From NCBI GenBank assembly GCA_046485245.1, contig JAWOHG010000249.1, forward strand, positions 1-34,007: a stretch of DNA of 34,007 nt, given 5' to 3'. Below are positions 16,434 through 25,339 of this stretch, one piece after another. Both the position numbers and the translations under genes were made by a program. This DNA comes from a bacterium (GTDB lineage Bacteria; Hydrothermota; Tepidihabitantia; Tepidihabitantales; Tepidihabitantaceae). The notes beneath the pieces are model-generated. The model searched no databases, was not told the DNA's origin, and saw nothing but the letters and a program-made list of their open reading frames with translations. The stretch's first letter is position 1, and each line of letters opens with the position of its first letter.

Positions 16434-18053
16434 TTGACCGTGTGGCCGCTACACCCGGCTGACGAATCGGCCGTTGCCGCCCTGGCGCATGACTGCGGCC
16501 TCGCGCCGCAGGTCGCGCGCGTCCTCTGGCTGCGCGGCGTGCGAAACGCAGCCGCGGCCGAGGAATGGCTCAACCCGTCGCTCGCGCAGCTGCACGCGCC
16601 CGCGCTGCTGCCCGACTTCGCCGCCGCCGCCGAGCGCATCCACGCAGCGATACGCCGGCACGAGGCGGTCCTCGTCTGGGGACACGATGACCTCGATGGG
16701 ATGACCGCGACCGCGATACTGGTCCGGCTGTTCCGCCACCTGCGCCTGCCCACCCGGCACTACATCCCGGCCAAGGGCCGCGAGCGTCACGGGCTGAACG
16801 CCGAAGTGGCACGCGCAATCCTGCCCGGCCCGGGCGGCCTGGTGGTCACGGTCGACTGCGGCATTACCAACTCAAGACAGGTCGAGGAATTGCGTGCCGC
16901 CGGCATCGATACGGTCGTGACCGACCACCACGAGGTCGTGGGCGACCTGCCCGCAGCTGCGGCCAACGTCGATGCGAAACGGGTCGACTCGCGCTACCCG
17001 TACCGCGGCCTGGCCGCGGCCGGAATCGCCCTGAAGGTGGGGATGGGCATCGTCGAGGCCGAGGTTGGGCTGACGCCGCGGCATCTCCTCTCGGTGCTGC
17101 CCGAGTTGGTCGCGCTGGCCGTGCTGGGCACCATCGCCGACCGGGTGCCGCTGACCGGCGAGAACCGGTCGCTAGTGGCCGGCGGGCTGCCCCTGCTCGA
17201 GGAGTGCCGCCTGCCCGCGGTGAGCGCGGTGCTCGCGCGACTGCGCAAGGAGGCGGGCCGGCTCACCGTCGCCCGGTTCGTCGCGGAGTTGCTGCCGCTG
17301 TTCGCCGCGGCCAACGGCAATGACGGCGTGCAGAAGCTGCTCGATGCGACCCCGGCCGAGGCGGCGGTGTGGGTCGACGAACTGGCGGTGAGGCGGCAGG
17401 AGTGGCGTGGCGAGGTCGAGCGGTCGTACGAGGTCGCCGAGCGGGTGATGAGCGCCGGCGACGGCATCGTCTTCGCCCGCAGCCGCGAGTTCTCGCTGCG
17501 CGCGCTCGGCTCGTGCGCCGGGAGGCTCAAGGACCGCCTGCAGGTGCCGGCGATACTGCTCGGGTGGCGCGGGGACGCGTGGGTCGGGGAGGGGCGGGGG
17601 ATGGAGACCGCCAGCCTCATCGACCTGCTCAAGGCCCACGCCGGGTACTTCATCGACTATGGCGGGCACCGCAAGGCCGGCGGGTTCACCATCGCGGACG
17701 AGCGGGTCGAGGAGTTCGTGGTCAGCGCCGAGCGCTACGCGCACGAGCACTTCGCCGGCCGCATCAAGCGCGAGGACACGCAGAGCGCGGACGCGGTCCT
17801 GCCCCTGGCCGAGCTGACCGATGTCGTCCGGCGGCTCGGGCCGTTCGGCGACGGCAACCCGCAGCCGGTGTTTCTGTCCGGGCCGACCGAACTGAGGTTG
17901 GCCGGCCACCTGCGCTACGCGGCGGAGCGGCCGGACATCGAACTGCGGCCGGCCCGCGCCGGGGTCGCACTGGAGCCGGGTTTGCCGCTGGAACTCGTTT
18001 ACACGGTCGATGACCTGGGCCGGGTGGGCGTGCTCGACAGCCGCCCGGCCTGA
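16434..18053 (+). CDS. recJ: RecJ-like DHH/DHHA1 single-stranded DNA exonuclease (divergent)
   Basis: Probable TTG start 2 nt after the upstream stop. VARVLWLRG, LHAPALLPD, WGHDDLDG, TVDCGI, TDHH, LGTIADRVPLTGENR, GGHRKAGGF, PFGDGNPQPVF. Confidence 0.8.
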   Translation: MTVWPLHPADESAVAALAHDCGLAPQVARVLWLRGVRNAAAAEEWLNPSLAQLHAPALLPDFAAAAERIHAAIRRHEAVLVWGHDDLDGMTATAILVRLFRHLRLPTRHYIPAKGRERHGLNAEVARAILPGPGGLVVTVDCGITNSRQVEELRAAGIDTVVTDHHEVVGDLPAAAANVDAKRVDSRYPYRGLAAAGIALKVGMGIVEAEVGLTPRHLLSVLPELVALAVLGTIADRVPLTGENRSLVAGGLPLLEECRLPAVSAVLARLRKEAGRLTVARFVAELLPLFAAANGNDGVQKLLDATPAEAAVWVDELAVRRQEWRGEVERSYEVAERVMSAGDGIVFARSREFSLRALGSCAGRLKDRLQVPAILLGWRGDAWVGEGRGMETASLIDLLKAHAGYFIDYGGHRKAGGFTIADERVEEFVVSAERYAHEHFAGRIKREDTQSADAVLPLAELTDVVRRLGPFGDGNPQPVFLSGPTELRLAGHLRYAAERPDIELRPARAGVALEPGLPLELVYTVDDLGRVGVLDSRPA

Positions 18054-18059
18054 AGCGCG

Positions 18060-19226
18060 ATGCCGGACAAAGCGATCGAGGTCGCGCGCAAGCGCAGCCG
18101 GGCCCAGCACGCCTGGGTGTTCTCCAACGAGGTGCAGCGCGTCCAGGGCGACCCGGGGCCGGGCGACACGGTCCTGGTTTACGAGCGCAAGCGCCTGCTC
18201 GGCTCCGCGGTATACAATCCCTTCTCGCTCATCCGGGCGCGGCTCTACTCCAACGTCGACGAGGACCTCGACGAGGGATTCATTCGGCGGCGAATCGAGG
18301 CGGCGCTTGAGTTCCGGCGCGAGCGGCTGCCGGGCGAGGAGGACTTCCGCCTGGTGTACGGCGAGAGCGACGGCCTGCCCGGCCTGGTCGTGGACAAGTA
18401 CGGCCGGCACTTTGTCGTGCAGGCCTACTCGGTGGCGATTGACCAGCGGCTGGAACTGGTCGCCGCGGCGCTGCGGGGGGTGTTCGACGTCCAGGCGGTC
18501 ATCGAGAAGGACAACTTTCGCCTGCGCGACGCCGAGGGCCTGCCGCGCCGCGAGTCGGTCCTGTGGGGCGAGCCCGAGCCGCGCATCACAATTTCCGAGA
18601 GCGGCGTGCGCTATCGCGTCGACATCACGGCGGGGCAGAAGACCGGCTACTACTTCGACCACCGCCTGACTCGGCGCAAGGCGCGCGAGGCAGCGGCCGG
18701 TCGGCGGAGTCTCGACGTTTTCTCTTACACCGGTTCGTTCGCCATCAACGCCGCACTGGGCGGCGCGTCGTGGGTGCTGGCGGTCGACGCGTCGAGCGCG
18801 GCCGCGGCCATCGCCGGCGAGAACGCGGCGCTGAACGGGGTCGGCGAGCGCTGCCGGTTCGAGGTCGGCAACGCGTTCAACTTCCTGGCCGAGCTGGGCC
18901 GCACGGGCGAGCGGTTCGGCCTGGTCTGTCTTGACCCGCCCGCGTTCATCAAGGCGCAGAGGGAGCGCGCGGGCGGCCTGCGCGGGTACCGACAGGTCAA
19001 TGCCCTGGCGATGCGCCTGCTCGAGCCGGGCGGCATCTTCTTCAGTTCGTCCTGTTCACATTACCTGTTCTGGCAGGAGATGCTGGACATGCTCGTCGCG
19101 GCGGCCGGCGACGCCGGGCGCAGCTTCACCATCCTCGACCGCGCGACGCAGGGGCCGGACCACCCGGTGCTGTTGTCGATGCCCGAGTCCGAGTACCTGC
19201 GTTGTTTTGTCCTGCGGGTGAACTAG
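18060..19226 (+). CDS. rlmI: RlmI-like class I SAM-dependent rRNA methyltransferase with PUA domain
   Basis: HAWVFSNEV, RLVYGESDGLPGLVVDKYG, GQKTGYYFDHR, LDVFSYTGSF, LDPPAF, SSSCS, QGPDHP, ESEYL. Confidence 0.88.
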   Translation: MPDKAIEVARKRSRAQHAWVFSNEVQRVQGDPGPGDTVLVYERKRLLGSAVYNPFSLIRARLYSNVDEDLDEGFIRRRIEAALEFRRERLPGEEDFRLVYGESDGLPGLVVDKYGRHFVVQAYSVAIDQRLELVAAALRGVFDVQAVIEKDNFRLRDAEGLPRRESVLWGEPEPRITISESGVRYRVDITAGQKTGYYFDHRLTRRKAREAAAGRRSLDVFSYTGSFAINAALGGASWVLAVDASSAAAAIAGENAALNGVGERCRFEVGNAFNFLAELGRTGERFGLVCLDPPAFIKAQRERAGGLRGYRQVNALAMRLLEPGGIFFSSSCSHYLFWQEMLDMLVAAAGDAGRSFTILDRATQGPDHPVLLSMPESEYLRCFVLRVN

Positions 19227-19253
19227 CCAAGGCAGAAGGCGGAGGCGGTCACG

Positions 19254-19298
19254 AGGCCAAGTCAAAGGCCAAAAGCCAGAAGTCAAATGTCAAAGCCG
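19254..19298. repeat. Degenerate heptamer array (AAGCCAA/AAGTCAA-like) between convergent genes
   Basis: ...agtcaa-aggccaa-aagccag-aagtcaa-atgtcaa-agcc. Confidence 0.6.
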
Positions 19299-19317
19299 CC
19301 CGAGGGGCGAGGGCGGC

Positions 19318-20646
19318 CTAGCGGGTCAGCCGGGGTGACCAGGCCGGGGAGTAGGCGCCGGCGGTGTTGGTGATGCGTCGCACGTTCGTCCCGTTCCAGT
19401 CCATCGTGTAAATCTCGTAGCGGCCCGAGCGGTCCGAGCTGAAGGCGAGGTGCAGGCCGTCGGGCGACCAGCACGGGTCCTCGTTGTTGCGCCCGCTGGT
19501 CAGCCGCGTGTACGTGTCACCGCTGAGGTTGGTGATGCAGACCTGGTTCGAGCCGTTGGGCTGGCGCTGGACAAAGGCGATAAGGTCGCCGCGCGGCGAC
19601 CAGGCCGGCGACGTGTTGTAGCTGCCCTCGAAGGTCAACCGTCGCAGGTCGGTGCCGTCGACGTTGGCGACGTAGACCTGGGGTGCGCCGGTGCGGTCGG
19701 ACACGAACGCGAGCTGGCGGCCGTTGGGGGACCAGGACGGCGATATCTCGATGGCACGGCTGGAGGTGACACGGCGCAGGTTGCGGCCGTCGGCATCCAC
19801 CACGTACAGCTCGGACTGGCCCTCGAAGCTCATCGACAACGCGACCGTGCGGCCGTCGGGCGAGAACGCGGCGGTCGTGTTCAGGCCGTTGCGCTCGCTC
19901 AGTGCCCGCACCTTGCGCGAGGCGATGTCCATCACGTAGGCGTTGAGCGAGAGTGCCCCGTAGGCCGAGTAGGCGATGCGGCCGCCGTCAGGGGACCAGT
20001 CGGGGTAGAGCTTGAGCCCGCCGGTCGTGGTCAGGCGGCCGACGTTGTGGCCGTCGTAGTCGACCCAGGCCAGCTCCTTGCTGTCCTTGTCCAGCCGCAG
20101 GGAGAAGGCGATGCGGGTGCGGCTGACGCCCTCTTCACCCGTGAGCTGGGTGATGATTTCGTCGGCGATACGGTGGCCGAGCCAGCGCAGGTTGCCGTCG
20201 ATGTTGTAGGTCTTGCTCGCGATGCGCCGACCGGCGACGATGTCGTGCAGCCCGATTTCGAGGGCCTGGGCCGAGCGTCGAGCGGCGACGCGGCCGGACA
20301 GGAGTACCTCGGCGCCGGTCGTGGACCAGCCCTTGTAGTCGGGCTTGTCCGGGCCGGGCGCGAAGGTCCACGATTTGCCCGGTTCCGGTTCCTCGAAGGT
20401 GAAGTAGAGCGAGAAGCGGAGGTCGTCGGCGATTATCTCGCGCAGGCTGTCGGCGCGGGCCCTGCTGCCGCCCTGGGCGGTCGTGAACGGCGCGATGACG
20501 AGGTCGAGCTTCTTGCGGCCGCTGGACGCGGTGAGCCTGAGCCAGAGCTCGTCGGCGGGTATCTCGGCGCTGGGTTGGGTCGTGTCGGGCGCCTGGGCCG
20601 GGGCCGCGCCCAGTGCAACCACAAGGAGCAGGACGACGTGGCGCAC
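19318..20646 (-). CDS. tolB: TolB-like periplasmic beta-propeller protein
   Basis: Signal peptide. TolB N-domain (IIADDLRFS, HRIADEII..LTGEEG..TRIAF, DYDGHN). PD40 repeats PDWSPDG, SPSWSPNG, SPAWSPRG, PCWSPDG, SPAWSP. Confidence 0.88.
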   Translation of the reverse strand: MRHVVLLLVVALGAAPAQAPDTTQPSAEIPADELWLRLTASSGRKKLDLVIAPFTTAQGGSRARADSLREIIADDLRFSLYFTFEEPEPGKSWTFAPGPDKPDYKGWSTTGAEVLLSGRVAARRSAQALEIGLHDIVAGRRIASKTYNIDGNLRWLGHRIADEIITQLTGEEGVSRTRIAFSLRLDKDSKELAWVDYDGHNVGRLTTTGGLKLYPDWSPDGGRIAYSAYGALSLNAYVMDIASRKVRALSERNGLNTTAAFSPDGRTVALSMSFEGQSELYVVDADGRNLRRVTSSRAIEISPSWSPNGRQLAFVSDRTGAPQVYVANVDGTDLRRLTFEGSYNTSPAWSPRGDLIAFVQRQPNGSNQVCITNLSGDTYTRLTSGRNNEDPCWSPDGLHLAFSSDRSGRYEIYTMDWNGTNVRRITNTAGAYSPAWSPRLTR

Positions 20647-20650
20647 GCGG

Positions 20651-21277
20651 CTAAGGGATGACCGCCAGCCAGTCGTGCAGGAGGAAATAGAAGCGGCCGA
20701 TGAGCAGGGAGATGCGGGCCATCACCGTGTATCCGAACGACGCCCCGAAGGCAATCATTATGAAGACGATGCCGACCCGCGAGGTGGCGCCGAGCGCGCC
20801 CTTGTGCTCGCGCGAGAAGTAGAAGTAGATCAGCGTCGAGATGACGCCGACGTAGAGAACGATGTTGTTGACCGTCACCAGCGGGCGCAGGGTGGCCGAT
20901 ATCTGGGGGAGCAGGTAGCCCTGCACCGACGCGACCAGGCCGAGCCCGGACCCGATGCCGATGGTGAAGGCGATGGGCCAGCGCGACACCCAGGCCAGCT
21001 TGGGCACGGACCGGGCGAGCATCAAGAGGCCGAGGAAGGCCGGCACCGCGAGAATCCAGGCCTCGACGTAGTTGCGGGAGGCCAGGTTGTTGCGGAAGGC
21101 CTCGATGAGCATCGGGTAGACGTCGAACGACCAAGCGTAGATGACCGCGAACCCGGCCGAGATGCCGACGTAGATGTGCTCGGCCGCCTTGTAGAGCGGG
21201 TTGTCCTTGTACAGGAACGAGAGGATGGCGATGGTCAGCGTGGCCGCGACCCAGGTGCCGATGACGTTGAGAATCAC
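20651..21277 (-). CDS. Uncharacterised multi-pass membrane protein (about 6 TM)
   Basis: Hydrophobic throughout. SFLYKDNPLYKAAEHIYVG and MIAFGASFGYTVMARIS look like family motifs. GTGA overlap with the upstream gene. Confidence 0.85.
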   Translation of the reverse strand: MILNVIGTWVAATLTIAILSFLYKDNPLYKAAEHIYVGISAGFAVIYAWSFDVYPMLIEAFRNNLASRNYVEAWILAVPAFLGLLMLARSVPKLAWVSRWPIAFTIGIGSGLGLVASVQGYLLPQISATLRPLVTVNNIVLYVGVISTLIYFYFSREHKGALGATSRVGIVFIMIAFGASFGYTVMARISLLIGRFYFLLHDWLAVIP

Positions 21278-22104
21278 GGTTTGCCCTTCCGGCCGCGAGA
21301 GAGCAGGAACCCGATGTTGCCGATGACCAGCAGGACGATGATGAGGCCGTGGGCCGAGGACTGGGCCGGCATCCCGAGCGAGGCCGAGCCCGGCTGGCCG
21401 ATGAGCGCCTCGTATTCCGAAGCGCCCTGCAAACCGCCGATGAGGCCCTTGATCTGGCCGGCCTGCAGGTACTGGTACATGTTGGGTGCGTTCACGCCGG
21501 TGACGCCGGCGATGATGGGCTGGTTGAAGCGGCCGCCGACGAACTGTATCCAGGCGTCGGCCACCGCGCCGTGCGCGAGCGTGACCAGCAGGCCGATGTC
21601 ACGGTAGGTGTGGACCGAGCGCATGAACTCGAAGCTGTCGATGGGCACGCCGCGGTAGTCGGTGCGGAAGAAGTCGCGGATTTCCCGGCCGATGCCGACC
21701 ATCATCGCCGAGTAGCCGGGCCGGTACCCGATGTTGACGTAGTCGGTGCCGTAGACCTTGCCGTACTCGGGCGGCACCTGGTTGAGCGCAATCTCGGCCA
21801 GGGGCAGGCCGAGCGCGAGCTGGCCGGTGACGATGACCTTGAGGTCCTTGGAGAAGCAGTGGCGCAGGATGGCCAAAAGCATCGGCTGGACCTCGGGCGC
21901 CGAGGAGGGGTCGTAGTCGATGGAGATCATCACGACCGACCCGGCGGGCAGTTCGTCCACGGTGCGGTACGCGCTGCGCACCGGCTCGGACACGCGCACC
22001 GGGGTCTTGGGCCGGAGGATGAGCGGCAGGGCGACCGACAGGGCCAGCAGCACGTAGAGGATGCGGCGGTCGACCCCGGCCAGCAGTTCCCAGAACCTCG
22101 TCAC
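21274..22104 (-). CDS. Uncharacterised membrane-anchored protein (N- and C-terminal TM, soluble alpha/beta core)
   Basis: VDRRILYVLLALSVALPL, YGTDYVNIGYRPG, YLQAGQIKGLIGGLQGASEYE, QSSAHGLIIVLLVIGNI. GTGA overlaps on both sides. Confidence 0.85.
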   Translation of the reverse strand: MTRFWELLAGVDRRILYVLLALSVALPLILRPKTPVRVSEPVRSAYRTVDELPAGSVVMISIDYDPSSAPEVQPMLLAILRHCFSKDLKVIVTGQLALGLPLAEIALNQVPPEYGKVYGTDYVNIGYRPGYSAMMVGIGREIRDFFRTDYRGVPIDSFEFMRSVHTYRDIGLLVTLAHGAVADAWIQFVGGRFNQPIIAGVTGVNAPNMYQYLQAGQIKGLIGGLQGASEYEALIGQPGSASLGMPAQSSAHGLIIVLLVIGNIGFLLSRGRKGKP

Positions 22105-22802
22105 GACATGTACGTCCGTTCGATGCCGAGGATGATGCGCAGGGACATTGCGATGCCGCCCAGCGCGATGCCCAGCCCGATGCCGCGGCCGGCCGCGGCC
22201 TGGGGCACCGACATCAGCCAGTCCTTCACCGCGGCGAAGCCCTCCCAGGCCGCGATGCGTTCAAAGCCGATGCCGGGCGCGACCAGGTGGATGATGCCGG
22301 CGACGCCGCGCCAGAGCGCGCCGCCCAGCGGGACGTTGCCGACCATCACCAGCACTGCGGCGACCAGGAGCAGCGTCGCGGCGAAGTTGCGCACGCGGAA
22401 CGCCCGGTACGCGGCCGAGACGATGAAGAAGGCGAGGCTGGCGAACATCGTCGACTGGAGCGGGATGATCATGTAGGTGTAGAGCCACATGAACGGCGCC
22501 TGGAGCGCGAAGGGACTGCGGAACCGGACCCACGAGTACAGGCCGAGCGCAATGGTCGCGAAGAGGCTGAGAATCAAGAGCAGGCTGTAGCCCCAGCCGC
22601 CGACGCGGCGGAACACTCTCGTCAGGTGGTGCCGGGTGAGCGAGTCCAGGCCCAGCAGGAACGTGAACCCCGAGATGATGGCGTACCAGTTCAGGAACCG
22701 CGCCTCGAGGTCGCCGAACGGCCGGTGCGGGATGAAGAAGGTGACGATGATGAGCAGCGCGGTGACGAAGACGATGACCAGCGGCAGCGTGCGCTTGAAC
22801 AT
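22101..22802 (-). CDS. Uncharacterised multi-pass membrane protein (about 6 TM)
   Basis: Hydrophobic segments. PLQSTMFASLAFFIVSAAYRAFRVR and RGIGLGIALGGIAMSLRIILGIER. TGATG overlap with the upstream gene. Confidence 0.85.
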   Translation of the reverse strand: MFKRTLPLVIVFVTALLIIVTFFIPHRPFGDLEARFLNWYAIISGFTFLLGLDSLTRHHLTRVFRRVGGWGYSLLLILSLFATIALGLYSWVRFRSPFALQAPFMWLYTYMIIPLQSTMFASLAFFIVSAAYRAFRVRNFAATLLLVAAVLVMVGNVPLGGALWRGVAGIIHLVAPGIGFERIAAWEGFAAVKDWLMSVPQAAAGRGIGLGIALGGIAMSLRIILGIERTYMS

Positions 22803-23953
22803 CAGTAGGCCGGGGTGAGCCAGCTGGCCAGGGTGTCAACGACCGTTTGCAGGGCCGGCGACTTGACGATGCTTGCCGCCGTGCCGAGGCCGGCGATGAT
22901 TAGCGTGATGACGACCAGCGTTATCTTGAGCAGGTCCTCGCCCTTGAGGCTGCCGAGCATTATCGGCTCGGGCTTGAGGTAGCAGGACGCGGCGAAAATC
23001 TCCTCGCCGATCATCGTGTAGTCGCAGGCCGCCACGAAGAACGGCAGCTGGGTCGTCTCGGTCGTGCCGGCAATCTGGATGGCGCCGACCGAGTGGCCGG
23101 TCTCGGCCATGATGAGCGACTCGGCGTAGAAGTAGCCGAGCCAGAAAATCGCGCCCGGCTTGTCGCGCACTATGATGCCGTCGACGCCCGCGGCATAGCC
23201 GAACTGGTCCGACGTCAGGAACGATACGTTGTCGGCGTTGTAGAAATCGGGCCGGCCCGCCTCGGTGTAGGCTTCCTTGACCGTTTCCTGCGCCGCGGTC
23301 ATGACGATGGGGTCGGAGTTGGGCACGATGAGCCGGGTCGAGTACTCGGCCGACTTGGCCGCTATCTTGCGTAACAGCGGCAGGGCGGCGATGACCGGCA
23401 GGTCGGTGATGTAGCCGAGGCCGAAGCTGAACAGGATCGGCCGACCCATCTCGGTGGCGCGGCCGAGCGCGTCGTCGATGGCGTCGAGCCCGGCAATCTT
23501 GCGCACGAACATCTTCGCGCCGCGGCGGGCGCGGATGAAGTAGACGATGAACACGGCGCAGATGATGACCAGCGCGACCAGGACGTTGAGTTGCGGCGTG
23601 CGGAACCACTGGGCGCTGGACTTGACCGGGCCGGCCGGTTCCGCGGCGGCCGAGTCGGCAGGGTAGAGCGCCACGACGCGGTAGTAGTAGGGCGTGTTGT
23701 CGCGGGTGTCGCCGTCCTGGTATTCAAGCGACGTGGCCGGTTCGAGGCTGACCTCGACGAAGCCCGAGTCGGGCGAGGTCGAGCGCAGCACGCGATAGCC
23801 GGAGGGCGCGACCGACTCGGCGGCCGGCGCGGTCCAGGTCACGTTGATTGCGCGGCCGGCGTCGTTGGGCGCGTCCAGTACCGTCACCGCACCGGGTGGG
23901 GCGAACGAGAGCAGCAGCGCGGCCAAGGCGGATGTGAGGGAGATGCCAGCCAA
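22802..23953 (-). CDS. Fibronectin type III domain + DUF6754-like membrane protein
   Basis: Signal peptide. DAPNDAG..INVTW...GYRVLRS...YYYRVVA is Fn3-like. TM, then RKIAGLDAIDDALGRATEMGRPI, FYAESLIMAETG, QLPFFVAACDYTMIGEEIFAASCYL. The DUF6754 name is from memory of the family. Confidence 0.8.
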   Translation of the reverse strand: MAGISLTSALAALLLSFAPPGAVTVLDAPNDAGRAINVTWTAPAAESVAPSGYRVLRSTSPDSGFVEVSLEPATSLEYQDGDTRDNTPYYYRVVALYPADSAAAEPAGPVKSSAQWFRTPQLNVLVALVIICAVFIVYFIRARRGAKMFVRKIAGLDAIDDALGRATEMGRPILFSFGLGYITDLPVIAALPLLRKIAAKSAEYSTRLIVPNSDPIVMTAAQETVKEAYTEAGRPDFYNADNVSFLTSDQFGYAAGVDGIIVRDKPGAIFWLGYFYAESLIMAETGHSVGAIQIAGTTETTQLPFFVAACDYTMIGEEIFAASCYLKPEPIMLGSLKGEDLLKITLVVITLIIAGLGTAASIVKSPALQTVVDTLASWLTPAY

Positions 23954-23959
23954 GGACTG

Positions 23960-23987
23960 AGCATAACCGTGGGCCGGTCGAAGTCAA
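23960..23987 (-). promoter_or_regulatory. Sigma70-type promoter for the Fn3/DUF6754 operon, possibly leaderless
   Basis: TTGACT-N16-TATGCT. The -10 box ends 6 nt before the TTG at 23953 and there is no RBS. Confidence 0.55.
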
Positions 23988-24001
23988 CGCGCGGACTGCG
24001 C

Positions 24002-24029
24002 TTGACTCGGGCAGGGGGGCGTCTATGCT
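24002..24029 (+). promoter_or_regulatory. Sigma70-type promoter for the kinase-porX genes
   Basis: TTGACT-N16-TATGCT, back-to-back with the divergent promoter. Confidence 0.55.
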
Positions 24030-24049
24030 TTCCATGACACATAACGTCT

Positions 24050-25339
24050 TTGAACCGCTCTCGCTTCAAGTTCGGCCCGCGGCTGCTCCAGCTGTACTTC
24101 ATCGCCGGACTCCTGGTCCTGGCAGGAGTCTGGTTCTTTTACTCCCAGGTCGTGCTCCTCCGCCTGTCCAAGCTCTGGGATAACTACGCCCGCACGCTCT
24201 CGGCCGAACTGGAGAGCGACACCCAGCTTCGCTCGCGGCTGTACGCCAAGTTCATGAGCCGGGCGACCGAGCCGTCCGAGTCCGGCTCGCCCGAACTCGA
24301 CATCATCTTCGAAGAGGTCATCAAGAAGCTCGACTTCCCGGTCGTCATCACCGACGCGGCCGGGGTCCCCTCGTCGCACCGTAACCTGCCGGTCGAGGAC
24401 CCGGACTCGGCCCAGCTCTGCGCCATCGTCGTCGCGCTGGACTCCGAGCACGCGCCGGTGCCGCTGTCGGTCACCGACGGCGACTCGGTGCGCCACCTCG
24501 GCGAAATCCACTACGGCGTGTCGGCCTCGACCCTGATCCTGCGCCGCATCAACGCCGACCTCGCATCCTCGGTCCGGTCGGTGCGGCTGTTCTCGGTGTT
24601 CCAGCTCCTGCTGCTGGTCGGGTTCATCATCGTCGGGGTTTGGGGCATACTCGCCTACAAGCGGCGCGAGCAGGAGCACATCTGGACCGCGCTGGCCAAG
24701 GAGACCGCCCACCAGATGGCGACCCCGCTGTCCTCGTTCGCGGCCTGGCTCGACCTCATCCGGGCCAAGGGCGGCGGCGAGGTGGTCGACGAGATGGAGA
24801 ACGACCTCGGCCGGATGCGGGTCATCCTCGACCGGTTCAGCCGCATCGGCCTGCCGCCCGAGCTGGCGCCCCAGCGGCTCGGCGCGGCCATCGAGCGGTC
24901 GGTCGCCTTCGTCAAGCGCCGCTCGCCCAGGACCGTGCGCTTCGCGGTCGAACTGACCGCCGACGAGCCGGTGCGGGTCGACGAGGTGCTGTTCACCTGG
25001 ATGCTGGAGAACCTGCTGCGCAACTCGGTCGACGCCATCGGGTCGCGCGGCGGCGAGGTGCGGGTGCGCACCGCGCTCACCCCGGACCGGCGCCAGCTCG
25101 AAATCGAGGTCACCGACTCGGGCGAGGGCGTGAAGCTCGACCGCCTGTTCGAGCCGGGCGTGACCACCAAGAAGCACGGCTGGGGCGTGGGCCTGACCCT
25201 GGCCAAGCGCATCGTCGAGAGCTACCACGCGGGCAGTCTCATCCTGAAAGAGACCCGGCCGGGCCGCACCGTGTTCTCCATCTACCTGCCGCTTGCGGCA
25301 GGCGAGCCAGTTCAGCAAGTGACAAGGACAAAGGACTAA
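24050..25339 (+). CDS. Membrane sensor histidine kinase (2 TM)
   Basis: H-box WTALAKETAHQMATPLSS, N-box ENLLRNSVDA, G1 DSGEG, TTKKHGWGVGL. Confidence 0.92.
   Translation: MNRSRFKFGPRLLQLYFIAGLLVLAGVWFFYSQVVLLRLSKLWDNYARTLSAELESDTQLRSRLYAKFMSRATEPSESGSPELDIIFEEVIKKLDFPVVITDAAGVPSSHRNLPVEDPDSAQLCAIVVALDSEHAPVPLSVTDGDSVRHLGEIHYGVSASTLILRRINADLASSVRSVRLFSVFQLLLLVGFIIVGVWGILAYKRREQEHIWTALAKETAHQMATPLSSFAAWLDLIRAKGGGEVVDEMENDLGRMRVILDRFSRIGLPPELAPQRLGAAIERSVAFVKRRSPRTVRFAVELTADEPVRVDEVLFTWMLENLLRNSVDAIGSRGGEVRVRTALTPDRRQLEIEVTDSGEGVKLDRLFEPGVTTKKHGWGVGLTLAKRIVESYHAGSLILKETRPGRTVFSIYLPLAAGEPVQQVTRTKD

Noticed and set aside
24050-25339. porY
   Set aside because: The H-box does not match my recollection of PorY, and adjacency to porX is not sufficient.
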